Shown here: in pieces, positions 1 through 14,600 of the stretch
Layout: every line of letters begins with the position of its first letter
How positions within the stretch are numbered: position 1 is the first letter of the stretch
From: Thalia democratica
Taxonomy: Eukaryota
DNA length: 64,000 bases
Reading direction: 5' to 3'
NCBI GenBank assembly: GCA_965202585.1
Contig: CBDBBG010000262.1
Span: 1 to 64,000 of the forward strand
Program-made: the position numbers and the translations under genes
The notes under the pieces: model-generated
What the model was told of the DNA's origin: nothing
The model's input: only the letters and a program-made list of their open reading frames with translations
The model's database searches: none

Positions 1-2607
1 AGTTCAATCTAGTAGCAAAAGTTAATTTATTCAACCTATTATAGTTGAGTAACATAACCATATTAAGGCAGTCATACAGTTTCGTTGGCAGTCATACATT
101 TAAATAATTCTTTTAATGTTAAGTGATTAAGTTCATTTTTATAAGTATATAAATCTAAGGTATGTGAAAAATTAAAAGAAAATAATATTGAAAGAACTAT
201 TAACTATACTTTTATCACATGTTTTTAAATAAATTGAAATACTTAAGTCAAAGTTCTTTGAAAAAAACTATTGTTGAGAATCAAAGTATTCACACGAATT
301 TAGAAAACATCTGTTTAAAATCAATATTATCGATCTAAGCAAGCTCGAATATCTTGCGCGGTTGTACTTTTATCTTTTAGTGGTCTTCCTTTATTTTAAA
401 TTACGCTAAAAAGTAAGCTCCTTAAATCTACTTTATCAAAAGTATTTTTAAAAAGCAGAAATTTATGTATTTATATGTTCATTAATCATGGAGTTTTATA
501 ATAAACTTTAACTTTTGAAAAAAACTTTAAAATTATATTACTGTTAAGACTAGTTTACTAAAGTTTCCAAATTCTTATCTAAACAGTATTTATTTTATAT
601 TTTTATTTAAAGTCACTGTGACGTATCTATTATCAAGCTTTAATACATGTTAATATTATATTCTAATGCTTGGTTAACACAAAAGTAGTTGATAAATGTG
701 TACTATAAAAATTTTTACTTGAAAAAATTTTAGTGTATTTCTCGATAAATTTATAAAAATAAACTAAGTTTTAAAGTTCTTACTTTTAAGCATTTTAATT
801 AAATTAATTTTAAGACTTACTGAATAAGTTCAGCACAAAGTATGATACTTAAAAACTAAACAAAAATTAATTAAAAACAATTAATATTATACTGTAAAAC
901 TTTAGAATTTATATAACTTTCATTTGAAAAAATAAAAAATTTGTACAAAAGTTGCTTAATTAAAGTTTGATGATTAATTAATGTTTTTATTTTAAGCCAT
1001 TGAAAAACAATATCTTTTTAAATGTTAATATATCATAAAACAAATTTTTAGAAATTTATTAAATAATATAAACAAAACTGTATAATATTATCGAAATTTC
1101 AATGAGACATAAGTAAAATTGTTTTCAATTTTTATATATGTTTGTGTTCATAAATATTACATAACTTATTATAGTTTAATGTTGACTTAAACCATCAAGT
1201 TCAAATTTAGTTCTGGTTGCCAGTATTTTTTATAAGTTCTTATTAAAGCTAACCTAATACACGACATTAGTGTTCAAATAGCTTAACAAACATATATAAT
1301 GAATTTAAGAAATATGTCTAAAACAAATTCAACGAAGAGATCAGCTAATAGTATTTGTCCGATACTGTAGACATCAATTTTTAAATCGGTTAATTTTCCG
1401 ATAAAAACATTTAAGTTTTGTTATCAATAACAAAGTATTTGTTTTCATATGGAAAACTATTTCAAATATTTTAACTTAAAAGCTGAACTTTGTCGGTATG
1501 AAAACGTCGAAAGGGAGTTATTTATTTTTTTTATTTTAATCATTTTTATCTGGTATTTTTTTCAAGTTAAAGCAAAAATTAGTTCTTTTAACAATGGTTT
1601 TTCTGTAAGGACTTTTGTTTTTCAAGTTATTACTTTATACAGTTAATGTTTTCAAATTTTTTATTTTTATTTGCTTTCTGACAAAACAAACTACCTTATA
1701 GATATTTTTTTTATTTTATAAATTACAACTGAAGCTCTTCTAACTAACACTAAAATGAAACTTGTCTATTTGTCTCAATTACGTATACGAAATAAACATA
1801 AAAAAATTATAAACAAGTAAAAAAAAAGATAAAATAGAATTTTACAACCTTAACTGACATAATAGAAATAATTATAGCAGAATATCTATCAAGAAAGTGG
1901 AAACAAAAATGAAACAAATAAGTAATAATTTTGCGGCGTAGTTTCAATAGCCTTCAGCAAATTTAAACCAGTAATTTTTTTTTTGTTAAACAATGTAATT
2001 ACCGTTATTGTTTTGTTTAAAGCGTTTTATCAGTTTTTTTTACGCAGATTTTTCTTAACAAAAAAAGGTTAACTTATTTTAGATTAATGCTAAGTAATCG
2101 TAAATATAGATATAAAATGCTTAATCAAAAAGACAATAGTTAATTAAATACATATGTTTTTTTAAATAAAATACCAAATAAATACATCTAGTTGAATGAA
2201 CTAGGTTTATATGTAAAGTTATGAAGAAAATAATTGTACTCAAATCTAAACTCTGATTTTTTGTTGTATATCTGTTCACTAAGAAAAAATTTATTGTACT
2301 TAATTACTTTTCTCATACAATTTTTAGTTAAGTTAAAATGCATTTATTTTGTGATATCATTCTGCTTTAGTTTACTTGTGCTAGGCTTTTATTTTTATTT
2401 TACCGACAACTGTTTATTACATTCAGAAAGTTTCAATTGTCCGTTGAAACATCTATTTCCTATATACAAAGATTTTTATTTTAAACAACAAAAACCAATA
2501 CAAACAAATCAATTTAAAGGACTAACCTTAGGTACAAATGAACATAGATTTTCCACTTCAAGTTAATACTTAAAACTATAGTAGTAAATTAATTCAAACG
2601 GACTAAC

Positions 2608-2686
2608 CTCTGGTGCAGAGGCCTTCGTAGTAACCGGTTTCGATTTTTCACTTTTCGTACATCCAGCCGGAGTGCACGCTTCTATA
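2608..2686 (-). CDS. USH2A: usherin exon 49 (FN3)
   Basis: IEACTPAGCTKSEKSKPVTTKASAPE; phase 2 to 0; donor GTTAGT. Confidence 0.85.
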
Positions 2687-5600
2687 CTGTTTATTTTAAT
2701 GAATATAAGTTGATAATTTATTAGAACTTTGTATTTTTGTTATATATTTATACTTCATTGTTTTCTTTGTACTAAAAAATGTAGTTATGTTCGCATAAAA
2801 CTTTTAGTTTTTTGTAATGGTTTGTTGAAATAAAAATGAAAATATTTATATAAAACTACGGTGTAAACAAAAAAAAGTGCAATTAGTTTAAGTATTAAAT
2901 ATAGTTTATTACAGTTATCAAACGTAAGTTTCGAATAAATTTTTACCACTTATTTACTTAGATCAACAAAATAAACAAGGATTGTATTATTATAAGACAT
3001 AAACATTTTAACTTGTACGGTAAAACTAGTAAAATATAGTACAACTCAAGAAAAATTACAGTTTGTATTATTGAGCAAGATTAATATTTTTATCACATAA
3101 ATCAATACTATACGAGGAGCGATTAATTTTTAAAGCACAAGAGCATGCTGTAGTTTTGCCAAGTGTTAATTAAAGCAAATACATATATGTTTTACTTCAA
3201 GTGTGATTACTTATTTTGATAAAAACCAGACATTGTTAGCATTCATTTATAATTCTTTATAACATGCTTTTTTGTCAAATTTTTAATCGAAAACCTAAAC
3301 AAAAAAATACGTTCTTCAAAAACGTAAGTTTAAGAAAATTAAAAATAGGGTAAATTTATAAATGTACAATCTACTTTATTTTTTAAATGAATGTTTTTTT
3401 AGTTGTTAAATTATGTAAACTACTTAGTAAATTTTACCAATATTTAAATATTTTTTTTAAACTAAGTTACTAAATTTGTACAAAAGTATACTTTTCAAAG
3501 AAAGTGTAGAAAAAAAAAATTGAGTTTTGTTTTTTTAGTGCCTAGTTTAAAAAAAAACGAAGACCGTATGTTAAAAAAAACATGACGTCAAAATATGCTA
3601 TAAAGCATCAGAAATAAATGCTAACAATATCTGGTTTTTATCATATAACTTGGCCTAACGTAAAAGCTACAGCATAAAAAAGAATTAAAAGTTTGATAAT
3701 AAAAACTTATTTAATTTAGAGTAAAAAGTTATATAAGCTACTAGACTTGTAAAATAAATCAAGTATGAACTACAGTATAAATAAAACAAAACAAAACATA
3801 TAAATCTTTAGTTATTAATAGTCGAAAAAAACAAAGTAGTACAAGTAGTGAACGATTTAAGGTAAACATTTTTTACAGCATTTAAAAAAAAACTTAAATA
3901 TAAAATAATTTATTTATAAGCAAACATTTTTAAGACAATAAAAAAGAGCATTTATAAGCAAGCAAGAACAACTCTTAGTACAGTAACTAGTTTCTTACAA
4001 AAGTAAACCTAAACACAATGGACCAATAGTTAAAATTGTAAACTTGATTAGAACTTAAATAAATTCTTACTGCAGAGAAAATTTACAAAGTTTTAGCTAC
4101 AATCAAGTATACTACAAAATTAAAACAAACCTGAATGTGTAAGTAGTGAACGGCTTCATATTGTAAACTTCGTACTCAGTTAGATTTCCCGCCAACTCGA
4201 TCAACTCGCGATCGTCCAACCATAACTTGTATGACGTCACAATACCGTTGGGTGACGCTGGAGGCGACCACGTGACGTATATCATGGCTTGGTTGCGGTT
4301 GACTGCCTTTGGTGGTTCAACAAAGCTGTGGAGAAGTCGTAGTTGAAATTAGTTGTGTTTAGTATAACACCATCTAATAGATATAAACATTTCCTACTAT
4401 TTTAGCAAATACTTGGATAATAGTATTGAGGAATGTTTTTTAAAATTCAATTTCATCAGATATAAATTTTTAGAGAGAAATGGACTTAAATTAAGAGTTA
4501 AAAAATAAAAAAAAATTTCTTTTAAAACAAATTTATAAACGAAAACTCTGATTTATTACTGAATTTTACCAACCTAGGTGTAGACGGTAAGGTGAAAATA
4601 GAACTCCATTTACTAGGATTAGTTCCATAGTTATTAGAAGCTAATAGCTGAAATTCATATTCTCTGTATGGTAGAAGACCTAAAGATGAAGGGTGTAATT
4701 GCTAAATTGTATCTATATGATAACATAAAACTTCATTAAATTTTTAATAAAGAATTTATTGTTTTCATATAATCTAGACTCTAGGCTGAAACATATAACT
4801 TATAACTTTTATTTTATGTCTAAACTATGTAAAGTAGCTGAAACTAAGCTATTATAATTTTCTTAACTAAGTTTCTTCGTGAAACAAAGAAGAAGAATAT
4901 TATGTTTTGCACAAGAAGTTAATATTTCTTAAACTCGGATAAACCTGTCAGATTGTAGCTCATTTGCCGAGTATCTTCATCAAAAAGATGCACTTCGTCG
5001 CTCTGGGGATTTTTCTTTCTATATATCAGTTGGAAAACTGACTCTCCAGGTGCATTGTTTCTTGCAGTATCCTGAAAGTGTTAAAATGTTTTAAAATTCA
5101 AGTGTTTAAAAGTTCTTTATTTTACAATGTTTCTCCCTATTTATAGTATTTGGGTAAACATTTGCTTAAGTAAACGTTTTTTGATTGTGATTTTTTTCTT
5201 GGAAAAAGCTCAAGTTGAGAATTTAAATTGTTATAACATAATACGTATACAACAATTTTTATGCGTTTTCTGCATTTCAACTTTTTACAAACCGTTGTAT
5301 TTTGAAATGTTTTGATTACATTTAACAGTTTTGTGAACACTAGGTATTCTGTAATAACCCTTTTATCCAATAAAACGTAGAACTTACTTCATCTTTTATA
5401 TAATTTTAAAAACTAGTGAAATTTTACATTTTAATGGGATCTTTTAATATTTTACATAATTTTAAAAACTCCTAGTTATTTTTTTTTAATTTAATGTTTT
5501 AGTTTTTACGAAAAATATATATATAAATTTTGCTATAATGTTTTATATGTATATAGTTAATTTAACAACCTCCCACGAAGCGAGAATGGAGTTGGAGGTT

Positions 5601-8600
5601 GTGGTGATGAGTTTGGGGGCGGGAATCCCCTCGGGTTTTCCCGGTGGCATGGAAACCGTCCTCATGTTGCTAAACAGGTGACCAGCCGTGTTGTATGCCT
5701 TAACCTGTGTGACGTCATAGTATAACACTTATACTATTTATCTATTGTAATTATTGTTTTTGAATATTTATCTGCGGTTTTTGTGTGAGGTTACTTAAAA
5801 GTTTACTTGTTGTTTGTTACATTATTTGCCTAAGATTAGTTGTAAACAACTCTAAAACTTTTAAGTGGAAACATACTTTTGAATCAGTTATTCTCTTTAA
5901 TTTTAGTAAGTTTAAATACAGACATGAATATGGGTTATATTTTTAAAATTACACGTGAAACGATTAACTTTAATTAATAATATTAACATAATTTTGTTAA
6001 AAAAACATTTTATTTAAAAATTTTATACACTTTCTCTGTTGTTCTTTTACTATAACAGTTTACTTACTTTTACGATATAATCAGTAAAAGGCATGAGGCC
6101 TTCAATTTTCTGCCATTCCGCGTATTCGCTAGTGTTCAGCAAAACTCTCGTTTGTTTTTCTATCACAAATTCATCTACGTTCTCAGCAAAGAACAACCCT
6201 TGACAGATTACCTGTGTGTTTAAAAAAGTGTTTGTTATCCATCAAAACTATTAGACACTTATTTATCGTAGATGATTGGCATATAGTTTTTTACTTTAAT
6301 AATTGAATAGTTGAAACAAAGAATAAACTACAAGCTAAAGTTACTTATTTAGATAAAGCTCTATGCAGCGTAATATTTCAAAATAAACAATTTTAAAAAC
6401 ATATTTTAACTATATTAGTTTAAAAAAGGGATCAAGTTATAATTAAGTTTATTAGTTTAAAAAACAAAGTGTTTTGTATATTATAACTAAAAAAATTGAA
6501 ACAATTTTACATCACCATACTAACCTGATAAGTGAGTTCACCATTCTCGCTTGCCGGTTTGGACCACTTAGCTTCCAACGTCTTGGGTCCTACCACCGTC
6601 ACTGAAAGCCTCACTTCACCCTCAGGTGCGCTCTCTAGTGTCCGGTGTGTGACGAATGGGGAGAAACTGCATCCGATTGTGGTGCACACCTTCAATCTGA
6701 ACTCGTGCTCACTGTATGTAGGTATACATATCATTATCTAATATATTACTATATACTACTGTATAATATATAATATATATACTCCACTCATTGTACATAA
6801 CATACAGTTACAGTGTTAGATATTTACATGTTTTTTTAGTTGTAGTAAAAAATTACGAGTTTTTACTAACGCACAAACATTTAAAACAAACTATTAGAAC
6901 ATTATAAACTATATATTTTTCAAACTTGAACCTGATTTGGTCATTGTATATAAAACTGTTAAAGTCCAACTTGAAAGTTTAACAGTACTATCTATAAATT
7001 ATTACATATAAATCTAAAAGGAACGAAAACTTGAAGTAATTTATTATCGAATAAAATTAAACAAACAATGTTAAATTTTTTTTTACAAATAAATTTTTTT
7101 ATATCGAGTGCTGTTTGATTTTATCAAAAATAAAACTCTTAAACGTACTAAAATATGTATGTAGAGGTATATACATCATCCAATATGTTACTATATGCTA
7201 ATATATATATACTATATAATACATACTCAACTCTCTGCATATACCACACAAAACGTGTTAGATATTTACATATTGATTATTTGTAGTAAAATATTACGAG
7301 TTTTTATAGAAAACTAAAGCACAAACATTTAAAACAAACTGAATATTTTTCAAATTTGAACCTGATTTGGTCTGGCAGCTGTATATAAAAATGTTTAAGT
7401 ACAACTTAAAAGTTTATCAGTAATAGCTATAAATTAGTACACATATAGGAAATATGTACTAAACATATACTAATAAGAATAAAAAGTTGAAATCAAGGGT
7501 TGGTTATTGATTAAAATTAAACAAACAAGGTTTTTTTCTTTTTTTAAAAAACTCTTTTATATCAAGTGCTGTTTAATTCTATCAAATACAAAACGTTTAA
7601 ATACATTAAAATTTAATTAATTATAAAAATAGTTAGCTTTCACTAATAATCAAAAGTATTTTACCTGTAAGCTCTCATGTACTCAACAACAAACGATCCG
7701 GTTTCAGTAGAAGTGTGAATTATTTCGTCATTTTTGTACAGTGTGTACAAAGTTATTTTCCCATTAGGCATTTCCGGTTCTGACCACGAAACCTGTGTAA
7801 AATTGTTGTTTTAATGGTGAATATACTATAACATTGTTTTAACTAGTTTACAACTCTAAGTGCTTTAAAAATACAACTAATAAGAGTTCACGCCATAATT
7901 GCAATGTTATTTTACAAAAAACAAATTTGAGATGTAACACTATTTTGAACATGGACTACTCCTGTGAGCTAAAAATTCAAACAAAAAAGTTTCAAAAAAA
8001 GATCGTACACAATTATATCGTGACGTAGATTTACACCTTTTCTTTAACTTTGATGTTCACTTTTAAAACTGCAGCTTATTGCAAGAATCATACGATTTAT
8101 ATTAATCTACAACATCACAAACAACAAATGTCGAAATAAATTACTTTTATATGAATAAACAACGAACCGTGAAAGTGGAAGAGCTGTTGGATGTGACATG
8201 GGGAGCGGGCACTTTCTCAGGTATGCTCTCGTGAGTCCTGCACTGTGTAGGGTGGGATTTCGTGCAACCTCCGTATGTGCATGCCGATAGTGTGACGTAA
8301 TAAAGAGTGCCGGCTGTTAAATTGTCAAGTTTGTGGGTGAGGAAGTTCTCAGTTGATGAGTATACTACCTCGTCTACTTCCGATTCTGTGTTTTTTAAAA
8401 GAAATAAAGAATAATTAGTTTGACCTGGTTAAATTATGTTTATACAGTATTGCGTAAATCTGAGCACATGTTTGAACTAATAAAAATAAAATTAGTAGTT
8501 TGTATACAAAAAGTAAATACTACTCTTTAAATGTTGTACAAACCATATTTTGCAGAAGCAAAGTATTTTTAAGCAGTATAGCTTCTTATAGAAATGTCAA

Positions 8601-11600
8601 TTTTGTTCTACAAAACACAAATATTAAGATAAGCTTAAAATCAAGGTAAACAACTGTCTATAAAAGCAACACATAATTTGAAATAGTAACGACCACATAA
8701 AAAAGCCACTAAACAACTATAATTCTAACACCAACCGTCCTCCCTGAGCAGTATCTCGTATTTTTTGAACACGCCGTTCAGCACCGACGGTTCCAGCCAC
8801 CTGAGTTCAACCTCGTGGGGTCCCTGCACGCTCACCATCACCTGATCCACGTAGTTGGGGGGCAACTGACCGCTCAGGATACGAATATTCTTGCTGATGT
8901 TGCATCCTGGTGAAGAATTATATATTTTATTTACAATTGGAGGGAGAAATAAAACGAGTTTAGATTTTTATTTAGATTTTATTTACGTTATCTTATTGAT
9001 GTTGCAACATGCTCAGTTTAACTTTCAAAACATTTTAAGTCTTCATGTTAAAAAAAAAGTAATAAAAAAATTATCTTCTAAACTAATTAGCTCAAAAACC
9101 AACTGTTGCTGTTTTAAAATCAATATGTGCTTCTTGCTTAAGTTTATATTCATTATTAACTTAATAAAACTTCAAGTGTTAGGCCAGTTTAACTTTTTAT
9201 CAAAATTAGAGTTATTCGAAAACATTTATCAGTGTTTAAGCTACCTATTAAGTTCAAAATGGTAATAGGCTAGTTATTATAACACTAACCTGCAATAGTA
9301 CAAGCTTCCAATTTGAAAGTTTGATAAGTAAATATGTCCAAATTATCCACAGTATAGTTTGTATCCAAACCAGTGTATATCTGACTGCCGTTCAAATACA
9401 ACGTGTAGTTTAATATAACTCCGTTCGGGTGTAGTGGTGATTTCCACTGTTTAAAGAATGAGTTTAATTATTTAATGAATTTAGAGAGATACACTTTTTA
9501 AAGCTTAGTTTAAATATAGTAATAAGCCTTTTAATCATTTAATAAATTTAAGAAAATTCAACTGAACAGAATTTGTTGAAATTGTTTAAATTTAATTAAA
9601 GGGTTGTTACAGTTTAAAAGTTGTAATATTTACTACAACAGATAAATTTTAACTATAAAAAGATAAAAACAAATATTGATTACTAACTGTTTTAGTTTAA
9701 AAATTTATTTTAATTTAACTTCAAAAATCTAGCAAAACTAAAAATTAGTTAAGCTTAAATTAAGTTAGAATGAAGTCTACAGTCACATAGCAATGTAAAG
9801 GTTAGTTTTAAATATTTAGCAGCAAAGATACACGCTATGTTTCTGCTATAACTAAAAAAAATATTTCGAATAGAAAACTTAAATATATAATTCATTTAGT
9901 TTTTTTATAAACTTTTAATACTTTTTTCTCACCTTGACGGTCATGTTGCTCGGTGTGACGTCGGCTTCCGGCTCAATGACGTCATCCGGCGCCTCGGAGG
10001 GGGTTTTTATTTTCAACTCGCCGACACTGGAGGCGCAGTTCTCCTCGGTGCAAGCCCGCAACGTCATCAGGTACTCTTGATCCGGGGTGAGTGACGTCAC
10101 GTTGCCGCGGTACACGTCACCGTCGAACGTGAAGTTTCGCGTTGGGGGAAGTTTTAAAGACGTCATCATTGTTGAGTTGGTTGCTGTTTAGAAGAGGTAA
10201 GATTGTTTTGATTTTGGCAAGTAAGATTAAAATTTTAATTAGATAAGAAATGTTTATGATTTGTTTCAGATTTAAAGTTTATCGAAGTTTGATTAAATTT
10301 TATTTTGTTCCTACAAAAAGACATGGATAATATTTTGAGCTCCACATAATTTTTCTAATGCACAACAAATGGCTAATTTCAAAATTGTTTATGCAACTTT
10401 AAAAATATTTAATATAATCTAAAACCAATCATACTTAATATAAAATCATAACAAAATAAACAAACACTAACGAGTAGCAGTGACCGTGAAATTCAAAACA
10501 ACCCCGTTTGATTGCACGGGGTCCTTCCAGCTCACGCCAACTCCCCTCCCATCGTAGTATACGGGGTCGAAAGGGGCAGGAACTTGGAGGGGTTTACCTT
10601 CACCTGATCTCATAATCACCCATTTGCCCTGCGCGACCCCACCACCGTTTGAACTCGATACCTGATAAGATAGTTGTTTATTTCATTGTTTGTACAAAAT
10701 AAAGTTTGTGTTTTGAGTAACAAAGACTCGTATGCTATAAGGCTATTATGTTTTGCAGCCATGTTCTAACTAATATATTTTCCAGCAAGTTACTTTAGTT
10801 TTGTTATTTGTGAATTAAACATAAATTCGACATTTGTATAGTTGCTTGAAGTTTTAGAATGTATGGTTTAGTTCAGATAATATACGAAAACGAAAAAATT
10901 AAGGGAAAAAGTGAAAAGTTAATAGTTATTTATTTGACATATAAACTTCTCTTTTATAAGAAAAATACTATTAAAACTAAATCGATTTAATTTTATCGTA
11001 ACAAAACCTTGTACAGCATCCTGGTGAAGGTCGACCCAACGTCATCAACAAAACTTTTATCCCCTCCCTCGTAAACCTTCAAAACAGGGTATTCACTGCA
11101 AACAAAACTCTCGTTTCTCATAGCAACCGCCTCTTCCGTTGTCATGGCTTCCATTCCCGACGCGCTGCTATCAACAGTGATGTCATTTTCGATTATTACG
11201 TCATCATTCTCGTGAGCGGGGCATCCGTCCAAGTCGACAAGTTTGGCAACTCTGACGTCATCAACCAAGTCTATTATGATGTCATTGAAGCGGAACATGC
11301 GCATGCACCCTCCAAATGACTGGGGTGAATCGTCTAGCAACGAGAGGAGGTCGCCTAGCAACGGGTAACCACCGAGGTACAAGTCCCCATCCAGATCAAC
11401 GTCGGCTTCTGAGTATTTGAGTTTAGTTTAAAACCCATATTGATTAAGTCAGAAATAAAATAAAAATTTGTTTTTGTATTGTTAGTTTCTTTATTCTACT
11501 TATATAAAATAATTAATGCTTTAATAAACTTTTCGAAACTTTAATTTAGTTGTTTTTATTAATATTTCAAAAATATACAAACAACATTATAAATCAAACT

Positions 11601-14600
11601 TTATTAAACCAGATTTTACGATTCGAACCTGTAGGCATTGTTACGTCAGAAGAGTAATATTTGTAATCAAGTTCCATTCTCAAAACTCCTTGTGAATTTT
11701 CAATCGTTAGGTGGTGCCAAATTTTGTCGCATATTCTTATTTTGATGCTCGATTCGATTATTTCCTCGTTTTCTTGCGATATTATGCATCTAAAATTATT
11801 AATATTATTTGTAGATTACATAATAGTATTAATACAGTTATACTTAAACTTTACAATGTTTTACAGATAAATTCAAAAAACAAACTGTTATGAATAGACA
11901 TCTTAGTAAAGCGTAATCAGAATAAATTGTCAAAGTTTTAAATTTTAAATAAAAGTAGAATCTTTTTATTTCAGATTTTTATTGTTAACAAGTTTTAATC
12001 TGAAATACAATACAAACATTTTAGAATCAAAAAAATAAATATGAATATGATTTTTAGCTTTTGTTAAAAACATTTATTGGGTGTAGGCTAGAACTAGTAA
12101 AACCAACGTGAATCAATAAAAAGTGTGCATTTTAAGTTTTTCATGCTAATAATATAAACTACAAAAATTTATAACACTATACAAAACACTATAAACTAAA
12201 AACTAAGTAATATTTTTGAACGATTATGAAACACTGTGTGCGAATTGCAAACAAAAGCTTGAAATAACTGAACAAAGAAATTTTCTCACCGTATGGTGTC
12301 GTTGTTGAGCGTGGCAACCATCAAACTGTCTTCGAAAATTCCCCTCGCCACAAAAATAATCCCCACGTTACTGTCCGTCCTAAACTCCACCTCGATCTTC
12401 CAACCCTGCCTGCTCAACACTCCCAAGTTGGTTTCCATTTCGAGGAATCCCCTTCCGAGAAAGTGGACCGCGTCACTGTTCAAATTTTTGGGGCAGCCGT
12501 GCCATGGTTGGTAAACCCTGTGCCACTTTTGCGCGGTGGACCATTCTATATCGGTCCACTCTCCTAAACCGCCGTGTTGCTGCTGCACCCGGAACCTTTT
12601 CAGGCATCCCACTAGTGGTGACCTGTTGTGTGGTTGAAAACTATCGAGTTTTGAAAAATATAATTTTTTTGAATTTACTTATAACTTGTGTTATAAGTTG
12701 TAATACTCAATAACTTAGAAGATAAAAAAATGGTTTTTGTTTTATAAGAAGGACTTCAAAATAACGTAAAACAAATTTACTGTTATGTGCATAGGTTTAA
12801 CTTTTAAACACGCTTAAAACAAAAGCAAACAACCAACAATTTTGTTTGAAATAAAGGTTTACCTATACATTTTGTAACGAACCTGACGACTTGCAGATCA
12901 CCAAAGTCGTCCTTCCTAGTCAAGTTGAAATCGTCCGGTATTCCCCCGAGGTAAACCCCCACGTTCGCGCCAATTACGTTCGCCCTCTGCACGTTTTCGT
13001 CGTCACCTTGTGGAGGCTCTGTTGGGGTGCGACCCGTGTAAACGTCGTCCACTTCTATGAAACCTCGTCTGTCAAATCTGTTTAGATGCAAGTTGATTAA
13101 AAAGTATGTAACTAATAATTGTTAACATCATATTTCAACTACCGAGAAAAATTAAACTGTTTATAACTTTTTTATTCACATATAAAACTACATAGGGTTA
13201 TTTACTAAACTTAAATTAGCTTTTAAATAAATCATCACACAAAAAATTATAAAATTTTATTTACCTTAAAAAATTTCGACAGTATGTAAATCAAGCTTAA
13301 TTCCACTTTTACAAAAACTATTAAGAAAAATTTACCTGTTAGCTTCAATTTTATGCCATTTTCCGTCATTATACTTTTTTCCATCGTCGTTAGATGGAGT
13401 AACTGCAGTTGCCTTGTTTTGAGTGTCGAACAAGAACCAAGGTCTACCGTCTCTCAATTGCAATACCAAGTACTCTTTTCTGTATCTGTATATAACAAAT
13501 TCTATATTAAACTGCTATGATATGTTTTTATTTAAAATATTTTAGTATAAGCAAAAATTCTTAAAATAAGCTATACGCGCAAGTAAGTCTTCTTTAAAAC
13601 TATACAAGTACTGTTTAAAAAATGTTATGAGTTATGAAAATAAGTATTTTAAATGAAACAAGTTTGAAATGAAAAAAATACAATTCAAAGTTCTTTGTTG
13701 AAATAAAAAAGTGTTATTGGTTACAAATAAAAATAACATTATTTAAACTTAGACAATATATAATAAAAAAAAATATTTTTTAATTGAATTTTTTTTTTAA
13801 ATTTAGACAATATATACTAAGCAAAACTCTTACCCCTCAATACCGATGGGAGAAGCGGTGAAGAATATCAACCCGTCTTCCCTCAACGTCTTAAAATGAA
13901 CTTGAATCCCGCTGTATGACGCATCTACGGGTATGACGTCACTATCGAACATGACGTAGGACTTGCCGGGAAACCTCACGCCTGATTGAACATGTAAAGG
14001 TGGTTTGGAAAGGGGAATTTCCCTCCTGTGCAGGTGGAAGGTGGGAAGGGGGCCGTTTATTTTCATCGGGTCGTCCCATTTGATGTGGACTTGGGTTTGG
14101 TTGCGGTGAGTCTGGACCGCCCTTTTCTGGCCGACTGGTGCTGTTGAAAGCAAAAAAATTTTGTGAATGAAACCATTGTTCTGTACAGCTGGTACAAACA
14201 TAATTGGCCTTCAACGTAAGTGAAAAATTCAATTAAAAATGGTATAACTTTTTACATAACTTTTTGGTTAATTTTTCGTTAATTAGCTTAAATTTTGCAT
14301 TGAGTAAATTTTAGTTATGTTTCATAAAAATTTTCAATTTTTTACAAATTTAATTTTCCAGTTTGGCATGCAGCTTTTATTTAACTGACCAGCAGGTAGA
14401 GTGGTAGTTTTCTCCGAAGTACTTGTAACGCAACCGACAGAATTGCACAGCCTCATTTTAAATTCGTACTCGGTATAAGGTTTGAACCCTGATGCTAGAA
14501 AGTTGGTTACTTTCTCATTGCCAGAGAATATCACCTGAAATAAAAGCACATGTTGTTATGAAACAACAAGATAAAAATATTAAATTGGTTTAAGTGTTTG

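Noticed and set aside
1449-2566. ORFs 1449-1646 and 2234-2566 as genes or further usherin exons
   Set aside because: AT-rich Phe/Ile/Leu-biased translations, no FN3 motif on the minus strand; the next usherin exon appears to lie outside the window
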